A stretch of 64,000 bases of DNA from an uncultured Eubacteriales bacterium (GCA_900551855.1 URXM01000003.1:11895-75894), one strand, 5' to 3'; positions 1-9,738 are shown, counted from the first letter of the stretch. A program made the numbers and translations. Notes: generated by a model from the sequence alone, not told the origin.

Positions 1-20
1 TTTGTTGTGTAAATGTCAAA

Positions 21-512
21 ATGAATTTGACCATTGAAAGCAAGCAACAAAAATTTGTTTTCTTCAATTTGGGAGACAGTGAATTTGCCTTGAAAAATCT
101 TGTGCAGATCAATGAGTTTAAAGATTTGTCAATAAAAAAATGTTGTGAAATTTTCAATGTCAGAGTCAAGACTAAAGAAGCCAAGTTTGATAATTTTTTC
201 AATTCGGTTTTGCCTAGAAAAATTTGGATAAATTGGCTTAATGGAGAAATTGATTCGGCTTTGGAAGAAAAATATCTTTCATTGAAAAATTTGTTTGTCA
301 GAGGATGTGACAATTTTTCTTTTGTTCCGTTTAAAGAGATAGGCGTAAAAGAAATTGGCATTTTTAATGGTGAGTATTACAAAAAAATAATTATCATCTC
401 TTCCGACCAAAGGTTTTTGAGGGTGGGAGAAACTTTTTTCTATAACATAAATGGAATAAGCAATCGTTCGCTAAAAAATGAAGAACCTATTGCTTTATCG
501 TTTGGAAATTGA
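21..512 (+). CDS. hypothetical protein (163 aa)
   Basis: Intact ORF in the track on the same strand as rarA. No motif recognised. Confidence 0.35.
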   Translation: MNLTIESKQQKFVFFNLGDSEFALKNLVQINEFKDLSIKKCCEIFNVRVKTKEAKFDNFFNSVLPRKIWINWLNGEIDSALEEKYLSLKNLFVRGCDNFSFVPFKEIGVKEIGIFNGEYYKKIIIISSDQRFLRVGETFFYNINGISNRSLKNEEPIALSFGN

Positions 513-590
513 TGTTTTTAAGGAGAAAATCATTAAAATTTTTTAAATTTTTTTGACAAAACAAACTCTTTTTGTTAATATATTCCTGTT

Positions 591-1895
591 ATGAGTATGG
601 AGCAAAGAATTCCTCTTGCTGAAAGAATGCGTGCAACAAACTTTGACGAATTTGTTGGGCAAGAGCATATTGTTGGAAAAAACAAATTGTTGTATAGAGC
701 AATATCAACTGGTTCGGTTGGTAGTTGCATTTTTTATGGCCCACCAGGGACAGGAAAAACAACTCTTGCTGGAATTATTGCAAAAATGCTTAATGCAAAC
801 ATTGAAAAATTGAATGCTGTTTCAAGTGGTGTCGCTGATGCAAAGGCTGTCATTGAAAGAGCAAGAACTCAAAAACAAATGTTTGGAAAAGATACATATC
901 TTTTGCTTGATGAATGTCACAGATGGAACAAGGCACAAAGTGATTGTGTTTTGCAGGCTATTGAAGAGGGGGACATTTACTTTATTGGTTCTACAACCGA
1001 AAATCCTTACACCAGTATGACAAGAGCGATTGTTTCTCGTTGTAGTGTTTTTGAGTTTAAAAAAGTTTCAGAGAAAGATGTTGAAAAAGTTTTGATTAGA
1101 GCAATAAATGACAAAGAAAAAGGACTCGGAAATTTTAAAACTCAAATTGACGATGATGCAATAAAATATTTGGCTTTTGCTTGCAATGGTGATGTAAGGA
1201 CTGCTTTAAACAGTTTGGAACTTGCTGTCCTTTCAACAAAAATGGGAAAAGATAAAATCATTCATATTAACAAAGAAACTATGGCAGAATGTTTGAACAA
1301 AAGACCATTGTCAATTGATGAAAATATGTATTATGACTATTTGTCTGCGTTTTGCAAGAGTTTGAGAGGTTCTGACACTGAGGCGGCACTTTATTATGCA
1401 CACAGACTTTTAAAGGCGGGAATTGATCCTTTGATTATCGCAAGAAGGATGATTGCTCATGCATCAGAAGATATTGGTATGGCCGACAGCAATGCTCTTT
1501 TGATGGCTTGTTGTGCTATGTATGCATGTGAGAAGAATGGACCTCCAGAGTGTTATTTGAATCTGTCTCACGCTATAATATATCTATGTGAAGCAGAAAA
1601 ATCTAACAGTGTGCTTACTGCAATGCATAGGGCTATGGATGATGCTGAAAACGAAAGGGAAGATATTGTGCCTAACCATTTGAAAAATCATCCAAGCACA
1701 AATAAAGACGGACACGGGAAATATAAATATCCTCATGATTATGGTGGATATTGCAAACAACAATATATGCCTGACAAATTGAAAGACAGGGTATATTATG
1801 TGCCAAGTCAAAATGGAAAAGAAAAAAATTTAGTTAGAAAAAAATTCGCAAAAAATGGTTTTGTTCCAAAGGACAAGCCTGAAAATAGGGAGTGA
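591..1895 (+). CDS. rarA: replication-associated recombination protein A (AAA+ ATPase, MgsA/RarA)
   Basis: Walker A GPPGTGKTT, Walker B LLLDECHRWNK, and a C-terminal MgsA-type helical domain (YYDYLSAFCKSLRGSD, ALYYAHRLL). Length is typical at 434 aa. Confidence 0.9.
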   Translation: MSMEQRIPLAERMRATNFDEFVGQEHIVGKNKLLYRAISTGSVGSCIFYGPPGTGKTTLAGIIAKMLNANIEKLNAVSSGVADAKAVIERARTQKQMFGKDTYLLLDECHRWNKAQSDCVLQAIEEGDIYFIGSTTENPYTSMTRAIVSRCSVFEFKKVSEKDVEKVLIRAINDKEKGLGNFKTQIDDDAIKYLAFACNGDVRTALNSLELAVLSTKMGKDKIIHINKETMAECLNKRPLSIDENMYYDYLSAFCKSLRGSDTEAALYYAHRLLKAGIDPLIIARRMIAHASEDIGMADSNALLMACCAMYACEKNGPPECYLNLSHAIIYLCEAEKSNSVLTAMHRAMDDAENEREDIVPNHLKNHPSTNKDGHGKYKYPHDYGGYCKQQYMPDKLKDRVYYVPSQNGKEKNLVRKKFAKNGFVPKDKPENRE

Positions 1896-1903
1896 CAAAA
1901 ATT

Positions 1904-2836
1904 ATGTGTTTTAGAAGAAGTGACGGAAAGAAAGTTAAAGACTTGCAAATTATCGAAAAAGCAATGCCTTATTTTATGCCACAGCGTATAGATGCTGTAA
2001 ATATGTTTACACAACCAATCAGATGTGAAACTATTGACAATTTTATTTTAGATGAAAAGAAAAACAATGGGGTGCATTACAACTATACAGAAATCTTGAT
2101 TGCAGCTTGCGTTAGAATGTTGTATGAAAGACCAAAAACAAACAGATTTATAAACAACTGCATTGTTTATCAAAGAAATACCATTTCTGTTTCTATGAAT
2201 GTTAAGAAGGCTTTGACAGATACCAGCGAAGAAGTGACATTAAAACTCTTTTTTACAGGACGCGAAAGCTTGGCTCAGGTTAAAAAAATTATTGATGATG
2301 AAATTGCCAAAAATGTGAAGCCTGATGCAGATGTTCACGAAACTACAAAGACTGCTGGAATATTGTGCAAGTTGCCAAATTGGCTCTTTAAGTCTGCTAT
2401 GGCTATTTTTAGATTTATGGACAGACATAATATGTTGCCTAAAAAACTTATTCACGCAAGTCCATTCCATACAAGCATTTATATAACTGATTTGAGAAGT
2501 ATCAAACTTGATAAGATTTATCATCATCTTTACAATTTTGGAACAACAACAATTTTTGGTGCTTTGGGAAAAATTCAATATGTCCCAGTTGCTGATCGTT
2601 CGGGCGAGGTGCATGTTGAAAAGAGAATGAACTTGGGACTCACTTTGGACGAAAGAGTTTGTGATGGACTTTATTATGGAAACAGCGTTAGATTGCTTTT
2701 GAAATATCTTGAAAATCCACAAATTTTGAAAGATCCATTGCCAGAACCAGAACTTACTGGAAAAGCTTTGAAGAAAAAATTGAAACAAGATAAAAAACTT
2801 GCAAAAAAGCAAAAGAAAGAAAGTAAAAATAAATAA
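1904..2836 (+). CDS. 2-oxoacid dehydrogenase acyltransferase (E2/CAT-like) catalytic-domain family protein, stand-alone, with variant active-site motif DERVCDG
   Basis: The C-terminal segment LGLTLDERVCDGLYYGNSVRLLLKYLENP aligns with the E2 motif DHRxxDG...FL..L...LE.P. There is no lipoyl domain, and the tail is Lys-rich. ATG at 1904 is preferred over GTG at 1892 because a GGGAG RBS sits at 1887-1891. Confidence 0.55.
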   Translation: MCFRRSDGKKVKDLQIIEKAMPYFMPQRIDAVNMFTQPIRCETIDNFILDEKKNNGVHYNYTEILIAACVRMLYERPKTNRFINNCIVYQRNTISVSMNVKKALTDTSEEVTLKLFFTGRESLAQVKKIIDDEIAKNVKPDADVHETTKTAGILCKLPNWLFKSAMAIFRFMDRHNMLPKKLIHASPFHTSIYITDLRSIKLDKIYHHLYNFGTTTIFGALGKIQYVPVADRSGEVHVEKRMNLGLTLDERVCDGLYYGNSVRLLLKYLENPQILKDPLPEPELTGKALKKKLKQDKKLAKKQKKESKNK

Positions 2837-2886
2837 TTCAAAATTGAAATGAAACAAATTTTCAGCTTTGCAAACAAATTTAAAAA

Positions 2887-2925
2887 AGATAGTGAAAAAT
2901 TTTTCGCTATCTTTTATTTTTTTTG
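2887..2925 (+). terminator. rho-independent terminator after the E2-like gene
   Basis: Hairpin AGATAGTG...CGCTATCT followed by a T-run. Confidence 0.6.
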
Positions 2926-3136
2926 TTTTTAAATGTGATGCAATCTTATTTTTACTCTTTGTTTTATTTGACAGAATTATGACTAAATAGTGACGGCAAA
3001 ATTATGTCTCTTTTTGAAAAATATTGTAAAATATTGTAAAAAGAGCAAATATAATGACATAAAAAATTGACTATAAAAATCTTTACATTTAAAATGCTTT
3101 TAAAATTTGTTGACGGAAGGAAGGAGATTTTTACAA

Positions 3137-3664
3137 ATGAAAAATGATTTGATATGGACAAAAACTTTGCTTAGTGTTTATAGGTATTTGGAGAGAATTT
3201 GTGGGGCGATAGATAAGATAGTTATGAAAAGTGCTTTAAACAGTGCTGATATTTTAGGGCAGAATTATTTTTACAACAATGTTTATTCTATTTCACAAAA
3301 AATTATCGATTTGTCAGAAAGAAAAATTACACTTATAAATTTGAAAATTTTGATTGAAGAAACATTGGGAGAAATTGATAAAAAAAGTGCAAGAATTTTA
3401 ATTCAAAAGTATTTTGATGGGACAAAATGCAAAGATATTGCACTGATAAATAATGTCAGTTTGCGAACTGTTTTTAGAAAAATGTCAAATGCCGAAAACG
3501 CATTTTCTTGTCGATTGAGAATGAAGGGCTATAACTCTTTTAAACTTGACAATATGCTCAAAGAAGAAGGGTGGATAAACAATGTATTTTTGAGATTGTC
3601 CGAGAAAAATGATGAAGATTTTTCCCTATCAAATTCTTATTTGGCAAAAGCTGTTTCTATGTGA
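3137..3664 (+). CDS. sigma-70 region-4-like HTH protein (ArpU/RinA-like phage late regulator candidate)
   Basis: The segment ARILIQKYFDGTKCKDIALINNVSLRTVFRKMSNAENAF resembles a sigma region 4 HTH. ATG at 3137 follows a GGAAGGAGA RBS. The gene lies upstream of a terminase gene. Confidence 0.4.
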   Translation: MKNDLIWTKTLLSVYRYLERICGAIDKIVMKSALNSADILGQNYFYNNVYSISQKIIDLSERKITLINLKILIEETLGEIDKKSARILIQKYFDGTKCKDIALINNVSLRTVFRKMSNAENAFSCRLRMKGYNSFKLDNMLKEEGWINNVFLRLSEKNDEDFSLSNSYLAKAVSM

Positions 3665-3666
3665 GT

Positions 3667-4452
3667 TTATAAGTCGCTTTCATCAAATTCGAAATAATCA
3701 CCATGTCTGATTTTTTTGTTTTCCTTTTTCACCTGTTTTCTGTTTTTGGTCACTTGCATTATTTTTGATGGTTTGATCAAAAAATACAATATCAAAACAC
3801 TTGGCACACTTATTGACACAATAAGCATAATTTTTGTCCCTGTTGAAAGCTCTTTAAACTCGGTTGTGGAGCTGTTTAAGATGTTGTCGCTGACGATTTC
3901 AAAAGATTCGGGATTTACATTTATTGTTGTTAAATAATCTGTCACACCAGAAAAAATATATCCATAATATTTTTGTCCATTTACTGTCACACAGGAATAA
4001 TACCAGATGTTGTTGTCGCTCATAACTTGCTGACCTTGGATTGTTCCGTAATATTCAATTTCCATTGTTGTGTCAATTTGTTCCAGTGTTTTTGATGATG
4101 TTTGGTTTGGAGATTGATAGACAGAATATGGCACAAAAAGTTTGAATGTGGCATTGGCATAAGGTGTTTGTGGGGTGCCATTCATAAGTTTGACTTTGTC
4201 TTTTTTTACATAGCCTTCAACATCTTTGTAAGACACTTTGTAATAATCATCTACCACATAATCCACTTTCACAAAATATGAATATGGTATTTCAAAAATT
4301 GCCGAAGATTCACTTGGAGAAGAGCAGAGATTTACTCCAGTGCCTTGAACTTTTGCATAATAGTCCTGTTTGTTTTCAGCATTTGAAAGTGCAGGGTTTG
4401 AGAAACTGAAAAGAAACATTATGAAAATAAAAATAATGACAAATTTTTTCAT
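3667..4452 (-). CDS. SH3b-domain membrane-anchored protein (signal peptide, two SH3-like repeats, C-terminal TM helix)
   Basis: N-terminal signal sequence ending ALSNA. SH3b-like repeats (YYAKV...VNLCSSPS...YYKVSYKDVEGYVKKDKV and NIWYYSCVTVNGQKYYGYIF). TM segment IMLIVSISVPSVLILYFLI followed by a basic tail. Confidence 0.55.
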   Translation of the reverse strand: MKKFVIIFIFIMFLFSFSNPALSNAENKQDYYAKVQGTGVNLCSSPSESSAIFEIPYSYFVKVDYVVDDYYKVSYKDVEGYVKKDKVKLMNGTPQTPYANATFKLFVPYSVYQSPNQTSSKTLEQIDTTMEIEYYGTIQGQQVMSDNNIWYYSCVTVNGQKYYGYIFSGVTDYLTTINVNPESFEIVSDNILNSSTTEFKELSTGTKIMLIVSISVPSVLILYFLIKPSKIMQVTKNRKQVKKENKKIRHGDYFEFDESDL

Positions 4453-4544
4453 ACTCTCATTGTAAAACTCTGCAAAAGTTGGATGATAGAAGATTTTTGC
4501 CTTTTTGTTGTGTTTTTTATTTATTTTTGTATTACGGAGAAGTT

Positions 4545-5975
4545 ATGGACTCAAATTTGATAAAGAAAATTTTGAAACTAGAAAAAGAAATTAACATCAG
4601 ATATAATTCAAACAAATTAAATTTTTATAACAAAAAAGGGAAGGTTCACAAAAAACAAATTGAATTTCACAAGTGCTCAAAAAGAAATCGTTGGGTTTTT
4701 GGTGGAAATCGCTCGGGCAAGACGGAATGTGGTGCTGTTGAAGTCGTTTATTTGGCTTGTGGTGTGCATCCTTATAGAGAAAACAAAGTGACAGAAGGAT
4801 GGGTTGTCAGTCTGTCAAGACAGGTGCAAAGAGATGTTGCACAACGCAAAATTTTGGAGTATTTGCCTGCTTCTTACATAGAAAAAATAGTTATGGTCAG
4901 TGGTGGGCAAGATAGTGCAGAAAACGGAATTATTGATTTCATTTTGGTTAGATCTGAAGCGGGAGGATTGAGCAGGATTGGCTTTAAAAGTTGTGACCAA
5001 GGCAGAGAAAAATTTCAAGGTGCCTCTCTTGATTATGTTTGGTTTGATGAAGAACCGCCATTTGATATTTATCTTGAATGCAAAATGAGAGTTCTTGACA
5101 AATGCGGAGATATTTTTGGAACAATGACACCACTTAAAGGGCTGACTTGGGTTTACAACACAATTTATTTAAACGAAAAAAATGACGAAGAAGTTTGGTG
5201 CGAAACTATGGAGTGGGCAGACAATCCTTTTTTGTCTAAAAAAGAAATTGAGAATATGACAAAAAGTTTGCCGGCTGATGAAATTGAAAGTAGAAGATAT
5301 GGAAAATTTATGCAAAATGGTGGACTTGTTTACAATGAATTTGATGAAAATATCAATGTTATCGAGCCTTTCAATATTCCACTTGATTGGCAAGACACCA
5401 TATCCATCGATCCTGGACTTCACAATCCACTTTCTGCACATTTTTATGCAGTTGATTTTGATGGGAATGTCTATGTCGTTGCAGAGCATTATGCTTCACA
5501 GAAAACGGTTGAATATCACGCAAACAAAATAAAAGAGATTGCAAAAAGGCTGAATTGGAAAACTGACAGTCGTGGATATTTGAGAGCATTGATAGATTCT
5601 GCTGCTGGACAAAGGACTTTGGCAAGCGAAAAAAATGTTGTGGAACTTTTTTATGAAAACGGAATTTTGGTCAATCCCAAAGTAAATAAAGATTTGTTTT
5701 CTGGCATCTCTGTTGTCAAATCATATTTGAAAACTGCAGATGGAAAAAGTCGGTTGTTTATCTTCAAAAATTGCGTAAATTTGATAAGAGAGATGAAAAA
5801 TTATTGGTGGGGCGATGATGATGTGCCAATAAAAAAAGATGACCACTGTCTTGATGAACTTAGATATTATTTGATGACTAAACCACTAAACAAAGAAAAA
5901 GTGTATAAGACGGAAATTCAAAAAGACAAAGAAAAAATGGCAAGAAAATTGAAATTTAAAAATTCTTGGAATTAG
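4545..5975 (+). CDS. terL: phage terminase large subunit (TerL), apparently intact
   Basis: Walker A GGNRSGKT and Walker B YVWFDEEP. C-terminal nuclease-type motifs ISIDPG and KKDDHCLDELRY. ATG at 4545 follows an ACGGAGAAG RBS. Confidence 0.8.
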   Translation: MDSNLIKKILKLEKEINIRYNSNKLNFYNKKGKVHKKQIEFHKCSKRNRWVFGGNRSGKTECGAVEVVYLACGVHPYRENKVTEGWVVSLSRQVQRDVAQRKILEYLPASYIEKIVMVSGGQDSAENGIIDFILVRSEAGGLSRIGFKSCDQGREKFQGASLDYVWFDEEPPFDIYLECKMRVLDKCGDIFGTMTPLKGLTWVYNTIYLNEKNDEEVWCETMEWADNPFLSKKEIENMTKSLPADEIESRRYGKFMQNGGLVYNEFDENINVIEPFNIPLDWQDTISIDPGLHNPLSAHFYAVDFDGNVYVVAEHYASQKTVEYHANKIKEIAKRLNWKTDSRGYLRALIDSAAGQRTLASEKNVVELFYENGILVNPKVNKDLFSGISVVKSYLKTADGKSRLFIFKNCVNLIREMKNYWWGDDDVPIKKDDHCLDELRYYLMTKPLNKEKVYKTEIQKDKEKMARKLKFKNSWN

Positions 5976-6049
5976 TTTTTATAAATAATTTGTCAATATA
6001 TTTGGAAAAATAAGGTTGAATGTGGTAAATTGTAATTAAAGAGGGGAAT

Positions 6050-8491
6050 ATGAAGAAAATTCTGAATTTATCCTTATTTTTGTTTGTTTTCTGCCTAACC
6101 AGTCTTTTTGGTGGGTTGCTTTTTACGCCAAATGTTGCATCTGCTGCTGATACTTCGGCAGAACCTATTGAAATTTCAAGTGCTGCAGAACTTAAAAGAT
6201 ATATTGACAATTATGGCACTGGTCTAAGTGCTCAGTATGGACAGCCTACTGATTATGTTGTGCTCACTGCTGATATTGATATGTCAGTCTTAAACACAGC
6301 AGGCAATCCTGATGGAGATGTTGTTTACAACACTATCGGTACAGAGGAGAACCCTTTTGCTGGTGTGTTTGATGGCAGAGGTTATTCTATTTCAAATTTA
6401 AGGATTGATGCAAGTGTTGACACAGAGGAAGCAGGAATAGAAAACAATCAATATGCTGGACTTTTCGGCGTGACTAATGGTGCTACAATCAAAAATGTTT
6501 CTATTTCTCAAAATATAACAATCACTACAGGCGGATGTGTGACTTCTTATGTTGGTGCATTGGTTGGTAAAGCTCAAAACACATCTATTCAATATGTTCA
6601 AATTACTGCAAAAGTAAATTACAACACAAACTTTGATTACAATATAAATTTTGGAACATTGGCAGGTATGGCTGTCGATTGTGATATTTCTGATGTTGTG
6701 TGCCGTTATAGTGGAAATGCTGGTTTTGGAAATTGGACCTTCGACAGAAAAGATGGAAAAATCTTAAATTTTGGTGGAGTTGTTGGCGCTGTCTCAAATT
6801 CAGAATTATCTTTTGCTGTTGTTAGCGTAAAATACAATGCAACGATTGCTCCAGAATTTATTGGAGATTTAAGCATAGGTGGAATTGTTGGAAATGTAAG
6901 CCAAGGCGGAAGCAAGATAATCAATGTTGCATGCGAAAACAGCTTTAATGTGACTAACAATGCTTCAACAAGTATTGATGCAGTTGTAAATGTAGGTGAA
7001 GTCGCAGGAGTGGTTTCAAATCCAGCACCTATTACAAAAAATATTTCTTACATACACTTTAAGGCAAATTCTGGAATTGAAAGATTTGGAAGCATTGGAA
7101 ACTATTATTACACCGATCAAAGCCTTTATGATTATATTACTGTTGCAAATGATGCTATGAATTCTTCTGCTTATTTTTCAAATCAGGTTTGGCATCCTTT
7201 ATATGGAGATTGGGACTTTGATACTGTTTGGTATGTTGGTTCTTCAATGATAAATCTTCAAAGTTTTTACGGCAATTTTACTGTTAAAGTTTCAAACAAT
7301 TTAAATACTGATGTTTTGAACATGACTTCAACTTTGGCGAATGGTTATCGTTTTGGTGATCAAGTAGCTATGCAATTCTCTTTTAAAGATATACTTGAAG
7401 AAGATGCTGTTATTGGTGATATGAGCAATTATTACTCTTTGTCATCAGTTCTTTTGAATGGCGTAGAAAAAGCCAAGATCATTACACTCGTAAATGGAAA
7501 TAATGTGACTTACAGAATTTCTGGAACAGATTTGTTGGATATTACTAAAAATCAAGATGATAATGGATTTACTCTTTATGTGAAGAGTGTAAATATGTCA
7601 ACAGCAGGAGAGTATAACATCTCTACAGATGCAAAGAGTTTTAAAGCCAATGTTGTTTCAAAACTTTTCAAAGGTGACAATGCTGATGAATTGGTTGAAG
7701 GGGAAACTCCTGGTTATGTTTTCTATGCAGAAGGTACAAACACAACAACAGAAAGTCTTACTTTATCAAAAATGGTTTATGGACAAACTTACAGAGTGGA
7801 AACAAAAGCAAAACCAAACACTCCAAATGCTTTTGTTGGTTGGTATATTACTGTTGAAGATGGTGAAGATGTTTTGTTGAATGACAATCAAAGCAGAATT
7901 TTGGAATTTACTTTTGGAAGCGGTTATTTTACTGGTGATTGCGAAATTTATGCAAAATATCGTGACAATGCCTGTGTGATAACTTTTGACATAAATGATG
8001 GTATTTTGAAAGTGGATTTATACAGTGGTGGGGTTTCAATCACAACTGGTGGAGAGACTGTTGCTGTTTCAAAATCAGAAGCGTCACTGAAGCTTGAAAT
8101 TTATGTAAAGAAAGATTATGATTTCAACGCAGATCAATTTATTGTTGACTTGGATGTTTATAAAACTGATGACCCTACAAAATCTTTCTGTACTTTGAGA
8201 GAAAGTTATGAAAACGATGAGTATAAGTATTATCATTTCGTGCTTGATATGACAAGTTTGACTGATGATTTTGACAATGCTTTCACCATTTCTTGTGAAG
8301 CAACTCAAACCAACAATGGAAATATGACATGGATTTGGATTGTTGCAGGAAGTGTTGGTGGTGTTGTTGTGCTTGGTCTTTTGATCCTTATGATTGTTTT
8401 GCTTGCTAGAAGAAACAAATTTGGTGGTGGATCAAGTAGCAGTGGTGGTAGTTCTTTCAAGAAAAAGAATTACAAAAATATGTATTTCTAA
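6050..8491 (+). CDS. large cell-surface protein with GLUG repeats and Listeria/Bacteroides-type repeat, C-terminal TM anchor
   Basis: Signal peptide. GLUG-like repeats (YAGLFGVTNGATIKNV, YVGALVGKAQNT, FGGVVGAVSNS, SIGGIVGNVSQ, NVGEVAGVVSN). An FVGWY motif. C-terminal TM segment WIWIVAGSVGGVVVLGLLILMIVLLA plus an RRNK stop-transfer. Confidence 0.65.
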   Translation: MKKILNLSLFLFVFCLTSLFGGLLFTPNVASAADTSAEPIEISSAAELKRYIDNYGTGLSAQYGQPTDYVVLTADIDMSVLNTAGNPDGDVVYNTIGTEENPFAGVFDGRGYSISNLRIDASVDTEEAGIENNQYAGLFGVTNGATIKNVSISQNITITTGGCVTSYVGALVGKAQNTSIQYVQITAKVNYNTNFDYNINFGTLAGMAVDCDISDVVCRYSGNAGFGNWTFDRKDGKILNFGGVVGAVSNSELSFAVVSVKYNATIAPEFIGDLSIGGIVGNVSQGGSKIINVACENSFNVTNNASTSIDAVVNVGEVAGVVSNPAPITKNISYIHFKANSGIERFGSIGNYYYTDQSLYDYITVANDAMNSSAYFSNQVWHPLYGDWDFDTVWYVGSSMINLQSFYGNFTVKVSNNLNTDVLNMTSTLANGYRFGDQVAMQFSFKDILEEDAVIGDMSNYYSLSSVLLNGVEKAKIITLVNGNNVTYRISGTDLLDITKNQDDNGFTLYVKSVNMSTAGEYNISTDAKSFKANVVSKLFKGDNADELVEGETPGYVFYAEGTNTTTESLTLSKMVYGQTYRVETKAKPNTPNAFVGWYITVEDGEDVLLNDNQSRILEFTFGSGYFTGDCEIYAKYRDNACVITFDINDGILKVDLYSGGVSITTGGETVAVSKSEASLKLEIYVKKDYDFNADQFIVDLDVYKTDDPTKSFCTLRESYENDEYKYYHFVLDMTSLTDDFDNAFTISCEATQTNNGNMTWIWIVAGSVGGVVVLGLLILMIVLLARRNKFGGGSSSSGGSSFKKKNYKNMYF

Positions 8492-8495
8492 AATG

Positions 8496-8527
8496 AAAAA
8501 GAGCAGAATATGACTGCTCTTTTTTTA
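8496..8527. terminator. rho-independent terminator between convergent genes
   Basis: Hairpin GAGCAG...CTGCTC flanked by an A-run and a T-run. Confidence 0.55.
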
Positions 8528-8574
8528 TTTTATTTGCGAAATTATGTTTTTCTTTTGTTTTTTATCGTTCATAT

Positions 8575-9600
8575 TTAAGCAAGCTCGCTGTTTATTTTTG
8601 TTGCGAGAGTGTTGTTTACAACATCTTCCCAGTTGGATGTTTCTGTGATGACACCAGCGTTTAACATTACATTCATGAGATTGTTGAAACTTTCTTCTGT
8701 CAGGATCATATCACTGCTCCAAGCACTGATAGAAATATATTGTTCTACGGCAACTTGAAGTTCTTCAACAGTGTTTCCTTCAAAAGATGGAAGCAATGCT
8801 TCGGCAACAATTTCTGAGTCGTTTGAAACAATAAAATCATATCCTCTTGACACAGCTTTTAAAAATTTTTCTGCAACATCAGAATGCTCTTCAAGATAAC
8901 TCTCTTTTGTCGCAAAGCAGGTATAAGGTATGCTTCCAGAAATTTCTCCTAGACTTGCAACGACATATCCCTTCCCTTCTTTTTCAATGTTTGTGGCAGT
9001 AGGTTCAAAAAGGGTGCAGTATTTGACTGAAGAATCTCCTTCCCAAACGCTTGCTGTCAAATTGAATGCAACATCTGTTCTTAAATTGATTTCATTTTCT
9101 CCAGTACCGATTGTATAGCCATTGTTTTCAATTATATATTGCAAGGTCATGGCTGGAAGTCCACCTTGACGGCCACCGATAATTGTTTCTCCTACAAGAT
9201 TTGAAAGGCTGAAGTCTTGGTCATTTTCTTTTGAAACGATGAAAGAACCATCGCAAGTTGTAAGTTGACCAAATACCACTGGTTTGTCTGCTACGCCTTC
9301 TTGTTGGGTGTAAACTACAGTTTCTGGGCCTGCCAAAATTATGTCAGCAGAACCTGTAAGCAGTGCACTCATTGAAGTGTCAGAGCCTCCACCATTTGTC
9401 AAACTTACAGAAAGTCCTTCATCTTCAAAATAGCCTTGATTCATTGCTACATAAAGTGGGGCATAAAAGATGCTGTGAGTCACTTCGTTGAGATTGATTT
9501 TGTTGTAATCTTTTTTGCCACACGCAGTAACAAAAAATCCTGCCGAAACAACAAGCAACAAAGCCATACCTATGATGCTAAGTTTTTTCCAAATTTTCAT
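8575..9600 (-). CDS. ABC transporter substrate-binding lipoprotein (NMT1/THI5, sulfonate/nitrate family)
   Basis: Lipobox VTACGKK. NMT1-like core (HSIFYAPLYVAMNQGYFEDEGL, GSADIILAGPE). No adjacent permease or ATPase gene. Confidence 0.65.
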   Translation of the reverse strand: MKIWKKLSIIGMALLLVVSAGFFVTACGKKDYNKINLNEVTHSIFYAPLYVAMNQGYFEDEGLSVSLTNGGGSDTSMSALLTGSADIILAGPETVVYTQQEGVADKPVVFGQLTTCDGSFIVSKENDQDFSLSNLVGETIIGGRQGGLPAMTLQYIIENNGYTIGTGENEINLRTDVAFNLTASVWEGDSSVKYCTLFEPTATNIEKEGKGYVVASLGEISGSIPYTCFATKESYLEEHSDVAEKFLKAVSRGYDFIVSNDSEIVAEALLPSFEGNTVEELQVAVEQYISISAWSSDMILTEESFNNLMNVMLNAGVITETSNWEDVVNNTLATKINSELA

Positions 9601-9738
9601 TTTTCCTCCTTACAAGAATAAAGATATGCTAAAACGAAAAATTTGGTTTAAACTTTAAAACTTTTTGAAAAGTCAAATAAAAAAATTTTGATTTTTTTTG
9701 ATTTTATATTATACTATAGAAGTTAGTAGGAGATTGCT

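Noticed and set aside
2240-2857. 205-aa minus-strand ORF opposite the E2-like gene.
   Set aside because: Its product is Phe/Ile/Lys-rich and looks like nonsense sequence, whereas the plus-strand frame has a recognisable domain.
3021-3040. Tandem 10-mer ATATTGTAAA x2, plus a similar TTTTTTGAAG(T) repeat near 34149-34172.
   Set aside because: There are only two copies, in AT-rich intergenic DNA. This is far too short to be a CRISPR array or a meaningful repeat element, and is probably slippage or promoter-region degeneracy.
3107-8491. Possibility of an intact prophage or genomic island around the terminase.
   Set aside because: There are no integrase, portal, capsid, tail, holin or lysin genes, and no att-like direct repeats that I could see. 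Only the regulator-like gene and TerL look phage-derived, so it is reported as an orphan TerL finding instead.
9601-9738. Possible T-box leader upstream of valS, by analogy with ileS.
   Set aside because: The intergenic region is only ~140 nt and AT-rich, with no AGAGA bulge, no GGTGG T-box sequence and no terminator hairpin.
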